Assembly: GCA_030583825.1 (NCBI GenBank)
Contig: CP129477.1
Location: forward strand, 318,308-382,307
DNA: 64,000 bases
From: Candidatus Dojkabacteria bacterium
GTDB lineage: Bacteria; Patescibacteriota; Dojkabacteria; GCA-002793355
Direction: 5' to 3'
Made by a program: the position numbers and the translations under genes. Position 1 is the first letter of the stretch. The number at the start of each line of letters is the position of its first letter. Shown here one piece after another: positions 37,151 through 47,927 of this stretch. Below the pieces are notes generated by a model. The model worked only from the letters and a program-made list of their open reading frames with translations. It had not been told where the DNA came from and did no database searches.

Positions 37151-38182
37151 TTATTCTTCAAAAGTCAAAACAACTTCATCTCCTTCGTTAAGTCCTGATT
37201 CTACTTCTGCATACGAATTATTGTTTAATCCTACGACAATTTCGCGGTCTTCTGTTTGAGGTTGTCCCTGCGCATTTTTAGAGGTTACTACTTTTACAAA
37301 AGATTTATTCTCTCTTTTTGTAATTGCTGCAGATGGAACAAGAATAACATCTTTTTTACTTGCAACCTCAATGTCGGCATTTAATGACATTCCTGGGCGC
37401 AAGTTTTTGATATCCTCAAAACGAACTTTTGCAAGATACGTTACTACTCCATTCACAAGGTCTCCGGTATTTACAACCGAGTAAATCGAGGCTTTGCGTG
37501 TTTCACGAACAGCATCAATCTCTGCAAGGACGACTTGCCCTTCTGTCACATTCATAATATCTATTTCATTGATTTGCAACGTTGCTTCCAAATCAGTGCT
37601 TGTTTGCATAGAAAATGCCGGCTGAGCTGGACTTGCCATATCTCCTACATTAACATTCACTTTTGTAACTTCTCCCGCAAACGGAGCTTTTATTTTTAAT
37701 GTTTCTGCTGCCTCTCGTGCTGCATCGAGATTACTTTTTGCGCGATTAACCATTCCTTGTGCAGCCGATACTTGCTGAGCTTTTGCTGCTTCTTGCCCTG
37801 GCATTGTAGGAGCATTTCGTATTGCATTTCTTGCACTTGATGCTGCATTAAACGCTGACTCTGCAGCTTTTACTGCATCGGTGATTTGCTTATTTTCAAT
37901 TTCTGCAAGAACTTGTCCGGCATTTACTTCATCACCGGTACCAACATACACTAATGATATTTTCCCACTCGTTTCTGGAGAGACATTTCGTGACTGCTTA
38001 GCAACAACACGGCCGGAAGCTGCGACTGTTAGAGCAATATCTCCTTTTCTGACAGTTTCCGTCAAAGAATTAGCCTGCGGTTGTGCTCCACCACGTGGAG
38101 AAAAGAGGAAAAATAACACAATAATGGCAAGAATGCCGATGATTCCATACAGCACTTTTTTATTCTGGAAAAACTTTTTCAT
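37151..38182 (-). CDS. efflux membrane fusion protein / periplasmic adaptor subunit (HlyD/MacA family)
   Basis: N-terminal TM helix, coiled-coil-rich middle region, beta-barrel C-terminus; adjacent to the ABC pair. Confidence 0.7.
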   Translation of the reverse strand: MKKFFQNKKVLYGIIGILAIIVLFFLFSPRGGAQPQANSLTETVRKGDIALTVAASGRVVAKQSRNVSPETSGKISLVYVGTGDEVNAGQVLAEIENKQITDAVKAAESAFNAASSARNAIRNAPTMPGQEAAKAQQVSAAQGMVNRAKSNLDAAREAAETLKIKAPFAGEVTKVNVNVGDMASPAQPAFSMQTSTDLEATLQINEIDIMNVTEGQVVLAEIDAVRETRKASIYSVVNTGDLVNGVVTYLAKVRFEDIKNLRPGMSLNADIEVASKKDVILVPSAAITKRENKSFVKVVTSKNAQGQPQTEDREIVVGLNNNSYAEVESGLNEGDEVVLTFEE

Positions 38183-38299
38183 AATTTTTGTAATACACTA
38201 TAGTGAAATATTAGAACACATGTATTATACCACTTTTAGCCTTACTTTTCTACTATGAATCACCTCCTTATCGTAAGTTTTGAGCATATAGTACGATTG

Positions 38300-38480
38300 C
38301 CGGAATACTTCACCTACCTAAAAACAGAGCGAAGTTACAGAAAAGGTACACTCTTTAAAATGGAGCGACCATGAGAAAAAAGCACGCTATAGAAACAGAG
38401 CGAAGGTGAGGCGAAATCCCAAAGTGTTTGTAGGACATATGTAGCTATCAAACCTTTGGACATTGAGACGAACCTGAGCG
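38300..38480. repeat. intergenic repeat element, copy R4 (same orientation as R2)
   Basis: contains ACAGAGCGAAGGTGAGGCGAAATCCCA, matching 34950-34985 and the reverse complement of 27470-27495. Confidence 0.7.
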
Positions 38481-38487
38481 ATGTTCA

Positions 38488-40416
38488 TTATTTTTCATCC
38501 CATACCCACACTCCGTTAAACTCCTTCATGTTGCGGATATGCTTAATTCTTTCAATCATGACAGAAGATGGGCCGTCGTCTTCAAGCTGAGCAAATAGCT
38601 CCAACGCAGTTTCAAAGTCTTTCTGCTGATACGCCAAAAGTGCTTTCACGTATGTTGAGGAAAGCTCTAAATTTTCGTGAGAATATCTGAGTGGCTCAAA
38701 TATCGCAACAGGATTCTCTTTTCCTTTAACTTGCACAATGTCAAGCTGGCGAAAGACGATTTTTCCATCTAAATCTGTTCCTAATCCTTTTACAGTCTGC
38801 TCAGAAACAATAATTGCTGACTTATACTTTTTCGTCAGCCCTTCAAGTCTTGAGGCAAGGTTTACTTCGTCTCCCAGCACTGTATAGGTAAAACGACGCT
38901 TACTGCCGACATTTCCTACAACCATATCTCCCGTGTTTATTCCGATTCCCATAGATAATCCGCGCCCCTTCTTCATGCTGCGGTTCATTACTTTGAGTGC
39001 TTCGGTCATATCAAGCGCTGTCAGCACTGCGTGCAATGCATGTTTAGAATCGTTCACAGGAGCATTCCAAAACGCCATAATCGCGTCACCGATATATTTA
39101 TCAATTGTTCCACCGTGCATTAAAACAACCTCTGACATGCCATCAAGATACGTGTTAAGCAACTCGACAAGCTCTTCAGGTTCCATTTTCTCAGAAAGCT
39201 GAGTAAATCCACGGATATCACTGAATAGAACGGTCATATTTCGACGATCTCCTCCAAGCTTAAGCAATGCCGGCTCTTCAATAATTTTATTCAAAATATG
39301 AGGATTCACATACTTAGCAAAGCTATCGGAAATAACGCGATTCTTACGCTGCACTTCCAAGTATCTGACAACTGTTGTGACAATATATTGGGTAATAAGC
39401 AGGAGAATAATCGAAATGACAGGTACAATTACTCCAAATTCATATAAGACAATACTAATAATAAATGCCGCTATCAACGAAGAAATCAATGTAGCAACAG
39501 CCACAATAGTCCTCTGGTTTTTATAGATTAACGAAAGTACAAAGCCCGCTACTGCGACGGCAAGGGTTACTATCCAATATGGAACATACGAAAAGGACAC
39601 ATTTTGTAACAATGTATTCACTGCCTGAGCATGAATAAACACACCGGGAATTTTATTTCCAAATATATCTATGAACGTATCCGACAAATTTGATGCAATA
39701 TCACTTGTTGTTGCGCCAATAAGCACAACTTTATTTTTAAATGTTCCAGGCTCAACGACATTATTAAGCACATCCGCAGCGCTAATAACCTGAAACGGTG
39801 CTCTCGAGTAAGAAACACCAAATTCACGTGATGGAGTCACAGCATCTGCTTGAGCTGCCGCACATTCGCGCGCAGACGGATTTCTATATAACGTGTACAG
39901 TGCCTTTGAAAATGACTCTACACATCCGCTTGCCGACGTAAATTTGCTATAAATTGTCCTGACTTTGCCGTCTACATCAGTTGAAACATTCACAACTCCA
40001 GGAACAATATTGTTCCCCGAAAATTTTGACAAATATAAAGCATCATCCTGAACTTTTGTGCTTACAACAATGGGAACTCCGGCATTAAGCAATGCTGCCG
40101 AGAGAGTCTCATCTCCAGAACGGGAATCAATAAATAAAATGTCTATACCGATGACACGAGGATCATCCTGCGCAATGCGGGAAACAAGCGAAGCAGTTGT
40201 TTCTCTTGGCCAAGGCCAAGGATGTCCACCCTGCAATGTGGCATCATCTATGCCAATAATAACGATTTCGCCACGAACCGGTGTTTCTCCTTGTAACAAA
40301 TCGGTAAAAAACGTATTAACTTTGTGCAAAAATGGCACACTGAGTAAAATCGCGACAAAAATTGTCGAAATTATGACAATGAACCCTATGTAATATTTCT
40401 GTAAGACTTTTGTCAT
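38488..40416 (-). CDS. CHASE2 sensor-domain adenylate/guanylate cyclase (class III)
   Basis: class III cyclase core VLFSDIRGFTQLSE…KYIGDAIMAFWNAP; N-terminal TM helix and periplasmic sensor domain, then 3-4 TM helices. Confidence 0.85.
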   Translation of the reverse strand: MTKVLQKYYIGFIVIISTIFVAILLSVPFLHKVNTFFTDLLQGETPVRGEIVIIGIDDATLQGGHPWPWPRETTASLVSRIAQDDPRVIGIDILFIDSRSGDETLSAALLNAGVPIVVSTKVQDDALYLSKFSGNNIVPGVVNVSTDVDGKVRTIYSKFTSASGCVESFSKALYTLYRNPSARECAAAQADAVTPSREFGVSYSRAPFQVISAADVLNNVVEPGTFKNKVVLIGATTSDIASNLSDTFIDIFGNKIPGVFIHAQAVNTLLQNVSFSYVPYWIVTLAVAVAGFVLSLIYKNQRTIVAVATLISSLIAAFIISIVLYEFGVIVPVISIILLLITQYIVTTVVRYLEVQRKNRVISDSFAKYVNPHILNKIIEEPALLKLGGDRRNMTVLFSDIRGFTQLSEKMEPEELVELLNTYLDGMSEVVLMHGGTIDKYIGDAIMAFWNAPVNDSKHALHAVLTALDMTEALKVMNRSMKKGRGLSMGIGINTGDMVVGNVGSKRRFTYTVLGDEVNLASRLEGLTKKYKSAIIVSEQTVKGLGTDLDGKIVFRQLDIVQVKGKENPVAIFEPLRYSHENLELSSTYVKALLAYQQKDFETALELFAQLEDDGPSSVMIERIKHIRNMKEFNGVWVWDEK

Positions 40417-40420
40417 AGTT

Positions 40421-41461
40421 CTACCTTGAGTTAATTCCTCTTACTGCCTGTGTTACTGTCGGCGTAGGAGTTACTGTTCCTGATCCATTCGGCACTTTTC
40501 CTAATGAATTCAGAATTCCTTTGAGTGATTCTGCTTCCTGTTCCGTAAGCGTACCATCACGGCAAATTACTTCCAAAGCTGCTCTAAATTCTTGAATTGT
40601 TGCAAGATCCTTTTGCGTGACACCTCGAGCCTTCATTTGTGCAATTCTTTGGTCAAAGTAGTCTGCTGTCGGCTGAAATGGCGTACATGATTTATCAGAT
40701 ATTGTAATATCAATTGGCACATCGCCAGTGATTTTTATCTGAAATTCCACCTTTTTTTGAATTGCCTGCACTTTTACTGATTTAATTTTCTGCTTTATTT
40801 GCTCACGATCTAATGTTTCAAAATTGGAATCCAACTGTTTGTTATACAAGAACCATTCATGTTTTTTAAGCTCTTCGGGGATATCCTGAATATCAAACCC
40901 TTGCTTCTCGCCAAACTCATTCACAGACGTGAGTTGCCCTTCCAAGAGCACTTTTACTTCCATAAGCTGACCACTTTCATTTTTCTGCTGAACATCTACG
41001 CTATGTTCAACGACATAAATGTCGGTAATATTTGTTACTTCAATGCCCAGTACTGTTCCACGGACAGTTGCGAGCGCAGTCGGAGTATTCACTTTATACG
41101 CTCCCGAGCCGATATTTCTGACTCTATTCCACGTTTTACCAATGAATTGCATGACATCAATGCCTTCAGCGGTGTAAGTGACTTGGATTTCAGTATTTTT
41201 GTCTAATGTCATCAATGAATTATTAGGAAACAACACATGCCCTTTTCCGGAACCGGTTTTTACAAATGTGCCACTTTTAACTGTTGTTTCATCACTTGTT
41301 ACTTCGACATATTCGGCATCTTGGGCAGATTTTACATACATAGTTCCATCTTCACGAAGTACAAGAATATCTTCTGCTTTGCGATTAGCAACAACAAGAA
41401 GCATCACAAGACCAATACCACATACAACGAGTAGAAACACAGGAAAAATAATCTTATTCAT
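40421..41461 (-). CDS. FecR-domain membrane protein (partner of the CHASE2 cyclase)
   Basis: FecR-like block YKVNTPTALATVRGTVLGIEV; N-terminal TM helix. Confidence 0.55.
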   Translation of the reverse strand: MNKIIFPVFLLVVCGIGLVMLLVVANRKAEDILVLREDGTMYVKSAQDAEYVEVTSDETTVKSGTFVKTGSGKGHVLFPNNSLMTLDKNTEIQVTYTAEGIDVMQFIGKTWNRVRNIGSGAYKVNTPTALATVRGTVLGIEVTNITDIYVVEHSVDVQQKNESGQLMEVKVLLEGQLTSVNEFGEKQGFDIQDIPEELKKHEWFLYNKQLDSNFETLDREQIKQKIKSVKVQAIQKKVEFQIKITGDVPIDITISDKSCTPFQPTADYFDQRIAQMKARGVTQKDLATIQEFRAALEVICRDGTLTEQEAESLKGILNSLGKVPNGSGTVTPTPTVTQAVRGINSR

Positions 41462-41474
41462 GCGTTATAGTAGC

Positions 41475-42569
41475 TTAAAACGTTAATTTACTCAAAAATT
41501 CTTCGATGATAGCTCGGGATAAGCCAGAAGCTTCTTCCATTGGCAAATGTCCGACATCGGGAATAACGTAGATTTCCGATTGAGGAACTTTTTCAGCAAA
41601 GGCAATCCCACGCTCAACGGGAATAATATAATCTTCTTTACCCCAAATGATAATTGTAGGAGTTTCAGACGTCGCGAGTGGTTCAGTAGAAACAACCGAC
41701 GACGATGTATCGCGAGCGATAGCGAGCGTTCCAATATCCCAATCTCGCACCTTTTGAGAAAGCATTGAGCGAGTAACTAGTTCATCTGTAACAATTTCAT
41801 CTTTATATACCGCGTTTTTAAGCCGTTCACGAACATTATCAGAAGTATATGCACGTTGCAGATACTGCCTTTTAATACGATATGTGTACATATTCGTTCC
41901 TTTTATAGCGCTTTTTGTAGAAGTGTGCGATGAAAAAGATTCATCTCCCGATAAAAATACGTATCCTGCGGCCAATTCACCATACTGATGTGAATACTCC
42001 AGTATAACCGGCGTGCTTGTTCCATGAGCAATAAATGCCGCAGAGTTTACTTGCTTCTCTTTCAAAACCTCTGAAACAAGCGTTGCTTGCCCTTTATATG
42101 AATGATCAAATGCCCAATCTCGCTGAGAAAATCCACTTCCTTTAAGGTCAATTGCAATTGTTCTGTATCCGCTTTCTGCAAAGACTTCCATGTGCGGACG
42201 CCATATTTCGGCACTTAACTCAAATTCAGAAATAAATACTAATACTTTTTCTGACTCCGGATTAAGATCTATCACATACGTTATATACCCATCTATCGTT
42301 AGAAACTCGCCTCTTTTCTCTAAAGTAGATGCTACTTCCTGTGGCGAAGATAAGCTTCTTTCCATTGGCAAAGGCATGAGAAATGGGAACGATATGATCA
42401 CTAACAATATGAAAATCACAATAACAACAATAATTCCAAGCGTACTTTTCCTTCTCAGTGGAGGGATATTCTTCTCCGACACCTTCGACACAATACTATC
42501 TTTCGCGGAAGTATCAAGTATCTGTTTTGATTTATCTTTCTCTTTATCGCTCATTTTCAGCCAATCCAC
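41475..42569 (-). CDS. membrane-anchored alpha/beta-hydrolase-fold protein
   Basis: N-terminal TM helix; hydrolase-like core with a non-canonical nucleophile elbow HGTSTP. Confidence 0.45.
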   Translation of the reverse strand: MDWLKMSDKEKDKSKQILDTSAKDSIVSKVSEKNIPPLRRKSTLGIIVVIVIFILLVIISFPFLMPLPMERSLSSPQEVASTLEKRGEFLTIDGYITYVIDLNPESEKVLVFISEFELSAEIWRPHMEVFAESGYRTIAIDLKGSGFSQRDWAFDHSYKGQATLVSEVLKEKQVNSAAFIAHGTSTPVILEYSHQYGELAAGYVFLSGDESFSSHTSTKSAIKGTNMYTYRIKRQYLQRAYTSDNVRERLKNAVYKDEIVTDELVTRSMLSQKVRDWDIGTLAIARDTSSSVVSTEPLATSETPTIIIWGKEDYIIPVERGIAFAEKVPQSEIYVIPDVGHLPMEEASGLSRAIIEEFLSKLTF

Positions 42570-42888
42570 TCATAATATGCACATGTTCATGCTCAAGATG
42601 GTTATACCCTGCACCGTTAATTACCAACTTATACCCCTGAGTATCGAGCTTTCGAAGTTGAATCACTTCAGTAACTGCGGACATAATATCACCCCAAAAT
42701 GGCTGTGTTTTTACTGTCATAACATCATCCTTTTCGATATGTAACTTTGGCATAACAAGAACATGAATTGGTGCTTCTGGATATTTATTTTGAATCGCAA
42801 TAAACGAACTATTCTCCCATACTTTCGTACTTTCGAGTTCTCCTGCAATAATTTTACAAAATATACAGTCTTGAGAATGCGTTGCCAT
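42544..42888 (-). CDS. HIT (histidine triad) family protein; start set at MATHSQDC
   Basis: histidine triad HEHVHIM and N-terminal IFCKII. Confidence 0.8.
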   Translation of the reverse strand: MATHSQDCIFCKIIAGELESTKVWENSSFIAIQNKYPEAPIHVLVMPKLHIEKDDVMTVKTQPFWGDIMSAVTEVIQLRKLDTQGYKLVINGAGYNHLEHEHVHIMSGLAENER

Positions 42889-42908
42889 AAAATGTTCTGA
42901 AAAATTAG

Positions 42909-45068
42909 TTACTTTACGACGACAGCTTTTCTTCCCAAATATGCCCATTTTGCATTAAATTCTCCTGCCGTATATGTTTCTTTCGAAAACCATGGATCTT
43001 TTACAAGAATATGTGTTGGATTTGATTCAGGGCCTTTATACCCGTATACCGTTACAGAGTGCATTCCAGGCCGTGCTCCATGCGCCGAATACCAACTATT
43101 CATTGTTTGATTGCTTACTCCGTTATACCAAAAGATAATAACCGGATTTCCGTTGCGAATCTCAGATGCAATTTGCGAAAGAGACATACCGCTTCGCGCT
43201 TCTGCACCACGCCAGTTACGAATCCCTCGCGCTAAAGGCTCCCAATGAGTTCCATAGTACTGAATCCAGTGCGTATTTGGATTTCCGCCGCTCGGGCCGC
43301 TACTGTTATAGTCTTCGCCACGCCCAATCGCATTAATTAATTGATCGTTTGAAATATGCACACCACGATACGCAAGCGCCATTCTTGCGGCAACAACATT
43401 ACACACAAATGTTCCCGCTCCCTGTGTGTATCGAGGAATTGACAGAGTCACAGTTTCCGGCTGCGTTGTAAATGAATAAGTAAAAGTCTCGCGAGAGTTT
43501 GTACCTTCGATACTTTTTACATCCGGATTGATCGTCACTTTATATTGCGTGTTATATGCCAGATTGCCTTTTGGATCTATGACTAATGTATTGCCATCCC
43601 AACCGTAGGCAGCGTTTACACCTGGAGAGATTGCTACTTTGCTTTGTGCATCTCCATGATCTACCGGTTGGTCAAAGTCAATTCTCATAGAAGAAGTCAC
43701 AGAAACACTTTTTGCACCATTCCACGGAGAGAATCCGGTAACCTTTACCGCACCGATTGTTTCAAATTTATGAATAATATCTGTGTACGTAATGCCGCCT
43801 TTCTTGGTGCGAATTCCGGACTTTAGTATGACTGAATACCATGTTTCTTTAAGATATTCCTCATCGGGGGTAAATGTCATTTTTGTATCCGATTCCCACA
43901 TAATTGTCCCATTTACAGCAGGTTCTACTGTAAATAACTGCTCGACTGTTTCGCGCTCTACAGGCTCTGTAAAGTTCATAACGATCGGAGTTTTAACACG
44001 TACAGCATTTCCTTGCGGCGCGACTGATTCAAGGCCAGGTGGAGTTACGGTTTTAAATCGAAGAGTTCCAAGCAATTCAGGATCTTCCGCATTGAGTACT
44101 TCTTTACTTTCAAGTTCTACAAGTTGCGCAACTTTAAATACTTTAATGACATAGTCTGTCCCTTGCTGCAATGGCTGTTTATATCGGATTTGCATCTGTT
44201 TTTCGCTGTCACGCACAATTTCGTACTCAACCTGCGGAGTAATCTCTGCAACAAGCGTCATCGCATCGGTAATAGGGTTATCAAACTCGATTTCTAACGG
44301 TGCATGAGGGAGAACATCACCTTGTAAGTCTGCAATAGATGTCGAAATGACTTTTGGGTTGTCAGGAGTATGTACTTCGTAAGAATGCTCATGTTGTCCA
44401 CCATTTCCTGTGGTACTTTGAAGTCCTGACATATAAAACACTACTTTCTGTTCATATGCGATGCTTCGCTTGGGTTCAATTTCAATCCCAATATACAGAG
44501 GAATTTCGATATTTACTCCGGTCACACTTTCTAAAAACTTTGAGAAGTCTTCATATACAGGGCGGTAATCAACATCTACGGTCAAATCATCCGGCATAAT
44601 TTTTAGGTTCAATGTTTCCTGGTTAAACGGACGATCAAAGAGTACTGATAATGGTACATGTGGATCGGCATACAATGCACCATGGTTCGGTACAGTATGA
44701 ATAATATACGGACGTGCAAAGAAGTATTTGGACACAAATACCCCTACAAAAATATATCCTCCAATGACGATGAATAGTGACGCAAATCGAGGCATCAGCT
44801 TAAAAACAAGCGGTGTTGTTAGCTTTGGAAATGTAATTTTGGGAAGAGAAAGTCGTGCATTCGTTTTTTCTCCTTTCTCTTTCTTCTCTTTTGGAGCTTC
44901 TTCTTTCTTTTTTTCCTTTTCTTTGTCTTTACTCTGAGCTGTCGCGAGTTTTTTATACAGCTTTTTGGCAAGTGGAACAAAGAAATCAAGCGCATACTTA
45001 AACACAACAATTGTTGCAATTCCCCCAGCTATCGAAGCAATCAGTAAATCTCGTTCGAAGTCAGTCAT
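42909..45068 (-). CDS. membrane-anchored surface protein with bacterial Ig-like domains and a C-terminal C39-like (papain-fold) peptidase domain
   Basis: 2 TM helices, a Lys/Glu-rich linker, the Ig-like block VTGFSPWNGAKSVSVTSSMRIDFDQPV, and the C-terminal block FVCNVVAARMALAYRG…HSVTVYGY…ILVKDPW. Confidence 0.5.
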   Translation of the reverse strand: MTDFERDLLIASIAGGIATIVVFKYALDFFVPLAKKLYKKLATAQSKDKEKEKKKEEAPKEKKEKGEKTNARLSLPKITFPKLTTPLVFKLMPRFASLFIVIGGYIFVGVFVSKYFFARPYIIHTVPNHGALYADPHVPLSVLFDRPFNQETLNLKIMPDDLTVDVDYRPVYEDFSKFLESVTGVNIEIPLYIGIEIEPKRSIAYEQKVVFYMSGLQSTTGNGGQHEHSYEVHTPDNPKVISTSIADLQGDVLPHAPLEIEFDNPITDAMTLVAEITPQVEYEIVRDSEKQMQIRYKQPLQQGTDYVIKVFKVAQLVELESKEVLNAEDPELLGTLRFKTVTPPGLESVAPQGNAVRVKTPIVMNFTEPVERETVEQLFTVEPAVNGTIMWESDTKMTFTPDEEYLKETWYSVILKSGIRTKKGGITYTDIIHKFETIGAVKVTGFSPWNGAKSVSVTSSMRIDFDQPVDHGDAQSKVAISPGVNAAYGWDGNTLVIDPKGNLAYNTQYKVTINPDVKSIEGTNSRETFTYSFTTQPETVTLSIPRYTQGAGTFVCNVVAARMALAYRGVHISNDQLINAIGRGEDYNSSGPSGGNPNTHWIQYYGTHWEPLARGIRNWRGAEARSGMSLSQIASEIRNGNPVIIFWYNGVSNQTMNSWYSAHGARPGMHSVTVYGYKGPESNPTHILVKDPWFSKETYTAGEFNAKWAYLGRKAVVVK

Positions 45069-47902
45069 TATTTGGCGTAATTCATATAATATTCTTTCAG
45101 CGTGGTGTAGATTAGCGGCCCTCCATCATTATACCCTGAAAAGTATCGAGTATACCAAAGAACAGTATCTATTTTGGGGCCTTCTGTATTAAAGAAGTCC
45201 GGATGTGAGAGGAAAACAACAACTTTTGGCGCACCAAGTGCATCACCATTATGAATGTCTTTAAAACGTTGAATCATATGCTGTGTGCTGTGTGCCCATG
45301 AATCTGCTCCATTATTCGGCATCTCGTACAAGCCGATGCTTGCAGCTTTGTTTGTACTTCGATTCTGATTCGACGGAGAAATCCAGTACGGCTGCTGCGT
45401 TGTACTCAGTTCCCACGGGCCTGTTACTCCTGGCCCACTACCAAATGAGCGGGATGTATATCTATTTCGTCCGGAAGTATCAATTAATAATCCTTCATCT
45501 TTTGCTGCACGAAGATTATCAAGGTTTGCAAACCATCCTCCCGCACGAAATGACACAGGTGCCGGTAATCCGATTTTCTTAAACTCAGCAATTGCCCATT
45601 TGAACATTTTTCGGGAATCTTCGTAACCATACCTTGTAAGCGGCACATCATAGCCATCGGCGCGGTTGCTCCAACCGGCTTCTTCGTTAACCGTAACACC
45701 AGCAAGAGAAAGCATATCTCGAAACATATGAAGGTGTAATGCAACTTCATCGCCAAATTGATCTGCGCGATCTTTCACAAACTTTGCTTGTGCTTGTCCA
45801 TTTGACCTTGCAACTTGTGACGAATTCCACGAGCGAGGGTTTAACATGTGAGTAATTTTCATATGAGGATTACTGCTACGTATTTGATCCAATGTTTCCA
45901 TTGTTTTTGTTGTGACAGCAAATCCATCCCAATCAAGCGACCATACTAAGTAATACGGATGTGTAACAAAAAACGTATGCTTTATTGCATATTCTTTATT
46001 CTCTTCATCTGTTGCAAGCACCAACCGATAGGAAACTTCCTGTTTGCCTGGCTTATCTTTAAATCCATCGGCAGAAAACGGTAATTCTGCATACGAGTAG
46101 GCTCTTCCCTCTACGACAGGAATATTTTGCACAGAAGAAAGATCTTTACATTCGGGCTTTTGAACCTTATTCTGCAAATCGTAGTATTCCACACGAAACT
46201 GTTTTGCTTCTAATAATCGTTGTTCTGCACACGAAAACGGAAGAAATGCCTTAACTGTGCCATCCTTTTCTTTATCTGTTGAGAGAATAACCCATTTACG
46301 GCCTTCAATGGAGTATCCACGATGCATCCACTCACCAAACTCTTTATTTATTTTTGTCAGTAACGCGCCGGACGCGCTTCCTGGATTTGAAATTTGCTGC
46401 TCCAATGTTCCTCTGTCAGGAAGTGCAACATTCTCATTAAAAGATACAGCAATCGCGGTTGTATTATCAGGCAGAGAAAACGATACAAAATATTCTGCTC
46501 CTTTTGTCAACGACACTTTATGATCCATTTTTATAAACGGCTGTTGTGCCTGAGACACATATACCGTAACATCCTGGCCAGCAAGATTTGTCCCTATTTC
46601 ATCCGGACGAACCTCAACATGGTAATCCCCCTTTTGGTAAGGAGTCTCCTGCGACATGACCGCAACTTTGCTTCCTGCAAATGGCCATTCCTGCTGATTT
46701 ACAAACGTACTATCAATATTTGAAAGAATTTTCTCATCCTGCTTAAGAATTCCGTTCATCTCGGCCAAGACAACTTTGAACATATTTCCTGTCGAAAAAG
46801 AAATACCTGCGAATGGCTCAATCATGTACAAAATTAGCAAGTGGACAACAACAAATTGCAGCGAATTTTTCCCAAGAAAACCCAACGCACGAGGAATAAA
46901 TTTTTGCATATGAACTTCGCTTTGCATTGCAACAATCAACAACAAAATGGCAACTGTCAGGCTTGAAAAGATGAAAAACAGCGTTGGAGGCCAACGAATC
47001 GCGTCCAAATTAAGGGTCATCAGCGAAATATTTTCAAACGGAATCGAAACAAACATAATTGCGGCAGAAAGTAGCGTAAAAATAAGCGATTCACGCATAA
47101 ATTCTTTCGGAGATTCTTCACGCTTTGACCAGCCGAGCCATGCACCAACCCCGAACACAATACCGTACGAAACAATCGGAAAAGTATGAAGCGACTGCGA
47201 CCCAATAAGCAATGATAGCGCCAAGTCCTGCGTAAATCCCGCAGCGAATTTTCCAATAAGCACACCGGCTATTCCCAAAATAATGACATAAAAGGCGCCA
47301 GTTTGATGCTTAAGAATATTCTTCACAAAAGTCAGTTTATTCAAAATCCATACAGCGATATACCCAAGTATTGGGAAAAATGCCAATGTCAGTAAGTATT
47401 CCTGTAGGTAAATCGGCGTTTTTAGCAAAGAGCGAAATTCTTGCTCACGCGGAACCAAGTACACAATTGCCAATATGAGATACACAATAAGAATAATCAC
47501 TGAACGCTTTACAATAGATGCAAAATTCAACGTTTTATAGCGTAAACCAATCAAGAAGCCACTCACCATCAAAAAGATTGTGAAACTAATAAATCCTCCA
47601 AAATACGAAAGACTCTTACCTACAGGATTGTCTGACATCCAGAAAAGGACGATCCATACGTGAGTAATAAGCATTGTTACAACTGCAAATCCACGCAAAA
47701 CATCAAGTCCAGGGAGCTTTGGTGTTGGCCTTGGAGCTTCAATAAACTCATCCTGCGGAGCTTCGATCATGCCTGCACCGCGAACAATTCTAGGTTCAAG
47801 TACTTCAGGTTTCCCGCCTTTTAGTCGCCGACTTTCGGTAGACCCCGAAACGTCTTCGATTACGCGAACTTTCTTCGATTGTGCTTTCTTTACTTTTGCC
47901 AT
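45068..47902 (-). CDS. acyltransferase-3 family (OafA/YrhL-like) membrane protein with a large C-terminal extracytoplasmic domain (possible NodB/CE4-like deacetylase motifs); leaderless start at MAKVKK
   Basis: conserved acyltransferase-3 motif LDVLRGFAVVTMLITHVW plus about 10 TM helices; C-terminal SLDWDGF and HLHMF motifs; TATAAT + 7 nt + ATG. Confidence 0.6.
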   Translation of the reverse strand: MAKVKKAQSKKVRVIEDVSGSTESRRLKGGKPEVLEPRIVRGAGMIEAPQDEFIEAPRPTPKLPGLDVLRGFAVVTMLITHVWIVLFWMSDNPVGKSLSYFGGFISFTIFLMVSGFLIGLRYKTLNFASIVKRSVIILIVYLILAIVYLVPREQEFRSLLKTPIYLQEYLLTLAFFPILGYIAVWILNKLTFVKNILKHQTGAFYVIILGIAGVLIGKFAAGFTQDLALSLLIGSQSLHTFPIVSYGIVFGVGAWLGWSKREESPKEFMRESLIFTLLSAAIMFVSIPFENISLMTLNLDAIRWPPTLFFIFSSLTVAILLLIVAMQSEVHMQKFIPRALGFLGKNSLQFVVVHLLILYMIEPFAGISFSTGNMFKVVLAEMNGILKQDEKILSNIDSTFVNQQEWPFAGSKVAVMSQETPYQKGDYHVEVRPDEIGTNLAGQDVTVYVSQAQQPFIKMDHKVSLTKGAEYFVSFSLPDNTTAIAVSFNENVALPDRGTLEQQISNPGSASGALLTKINKEFGEWMHRGYSIEGRKWVILSTDKEKDGTVKAFLPFSCAEQRLLEAKQFRVEYYDLQNKVQKPECKDLSSVQNIPVVEGRAYSYAELPFSADGFKDKPGKQEVSYRLVLATDEENKEYAIKHTFFVTHPYYLVWSLDWDGFAVTTKTMETLDQIRSSNPHMKITHMLNPRSWNSSQVARSNGQAQAKFVKDRADQFGDEVALHLHMFRDMLSLAGVTVNEEAGWSNRADGYDVPLTRYGYEDSRKMFKWAIAEFKKIGLPAPVSFRAGGWFANLDNLRAAKDEGLLIDTSGRNRYTSRSFGSGPGVTGPWELSTTQQPYWISPSNQNRSTNKAASIGLYEMPNNGADSWAHSTQHMIQRFKDIHNGDALGAPKVVVFLSHPDFFNTEGPKIDTVLWYTRYFSGYNDGGPLIYTTLKEYYMNYAK

Positions 47903-47927
47903 ACAGACTATTATACTGTTTTTAAAT

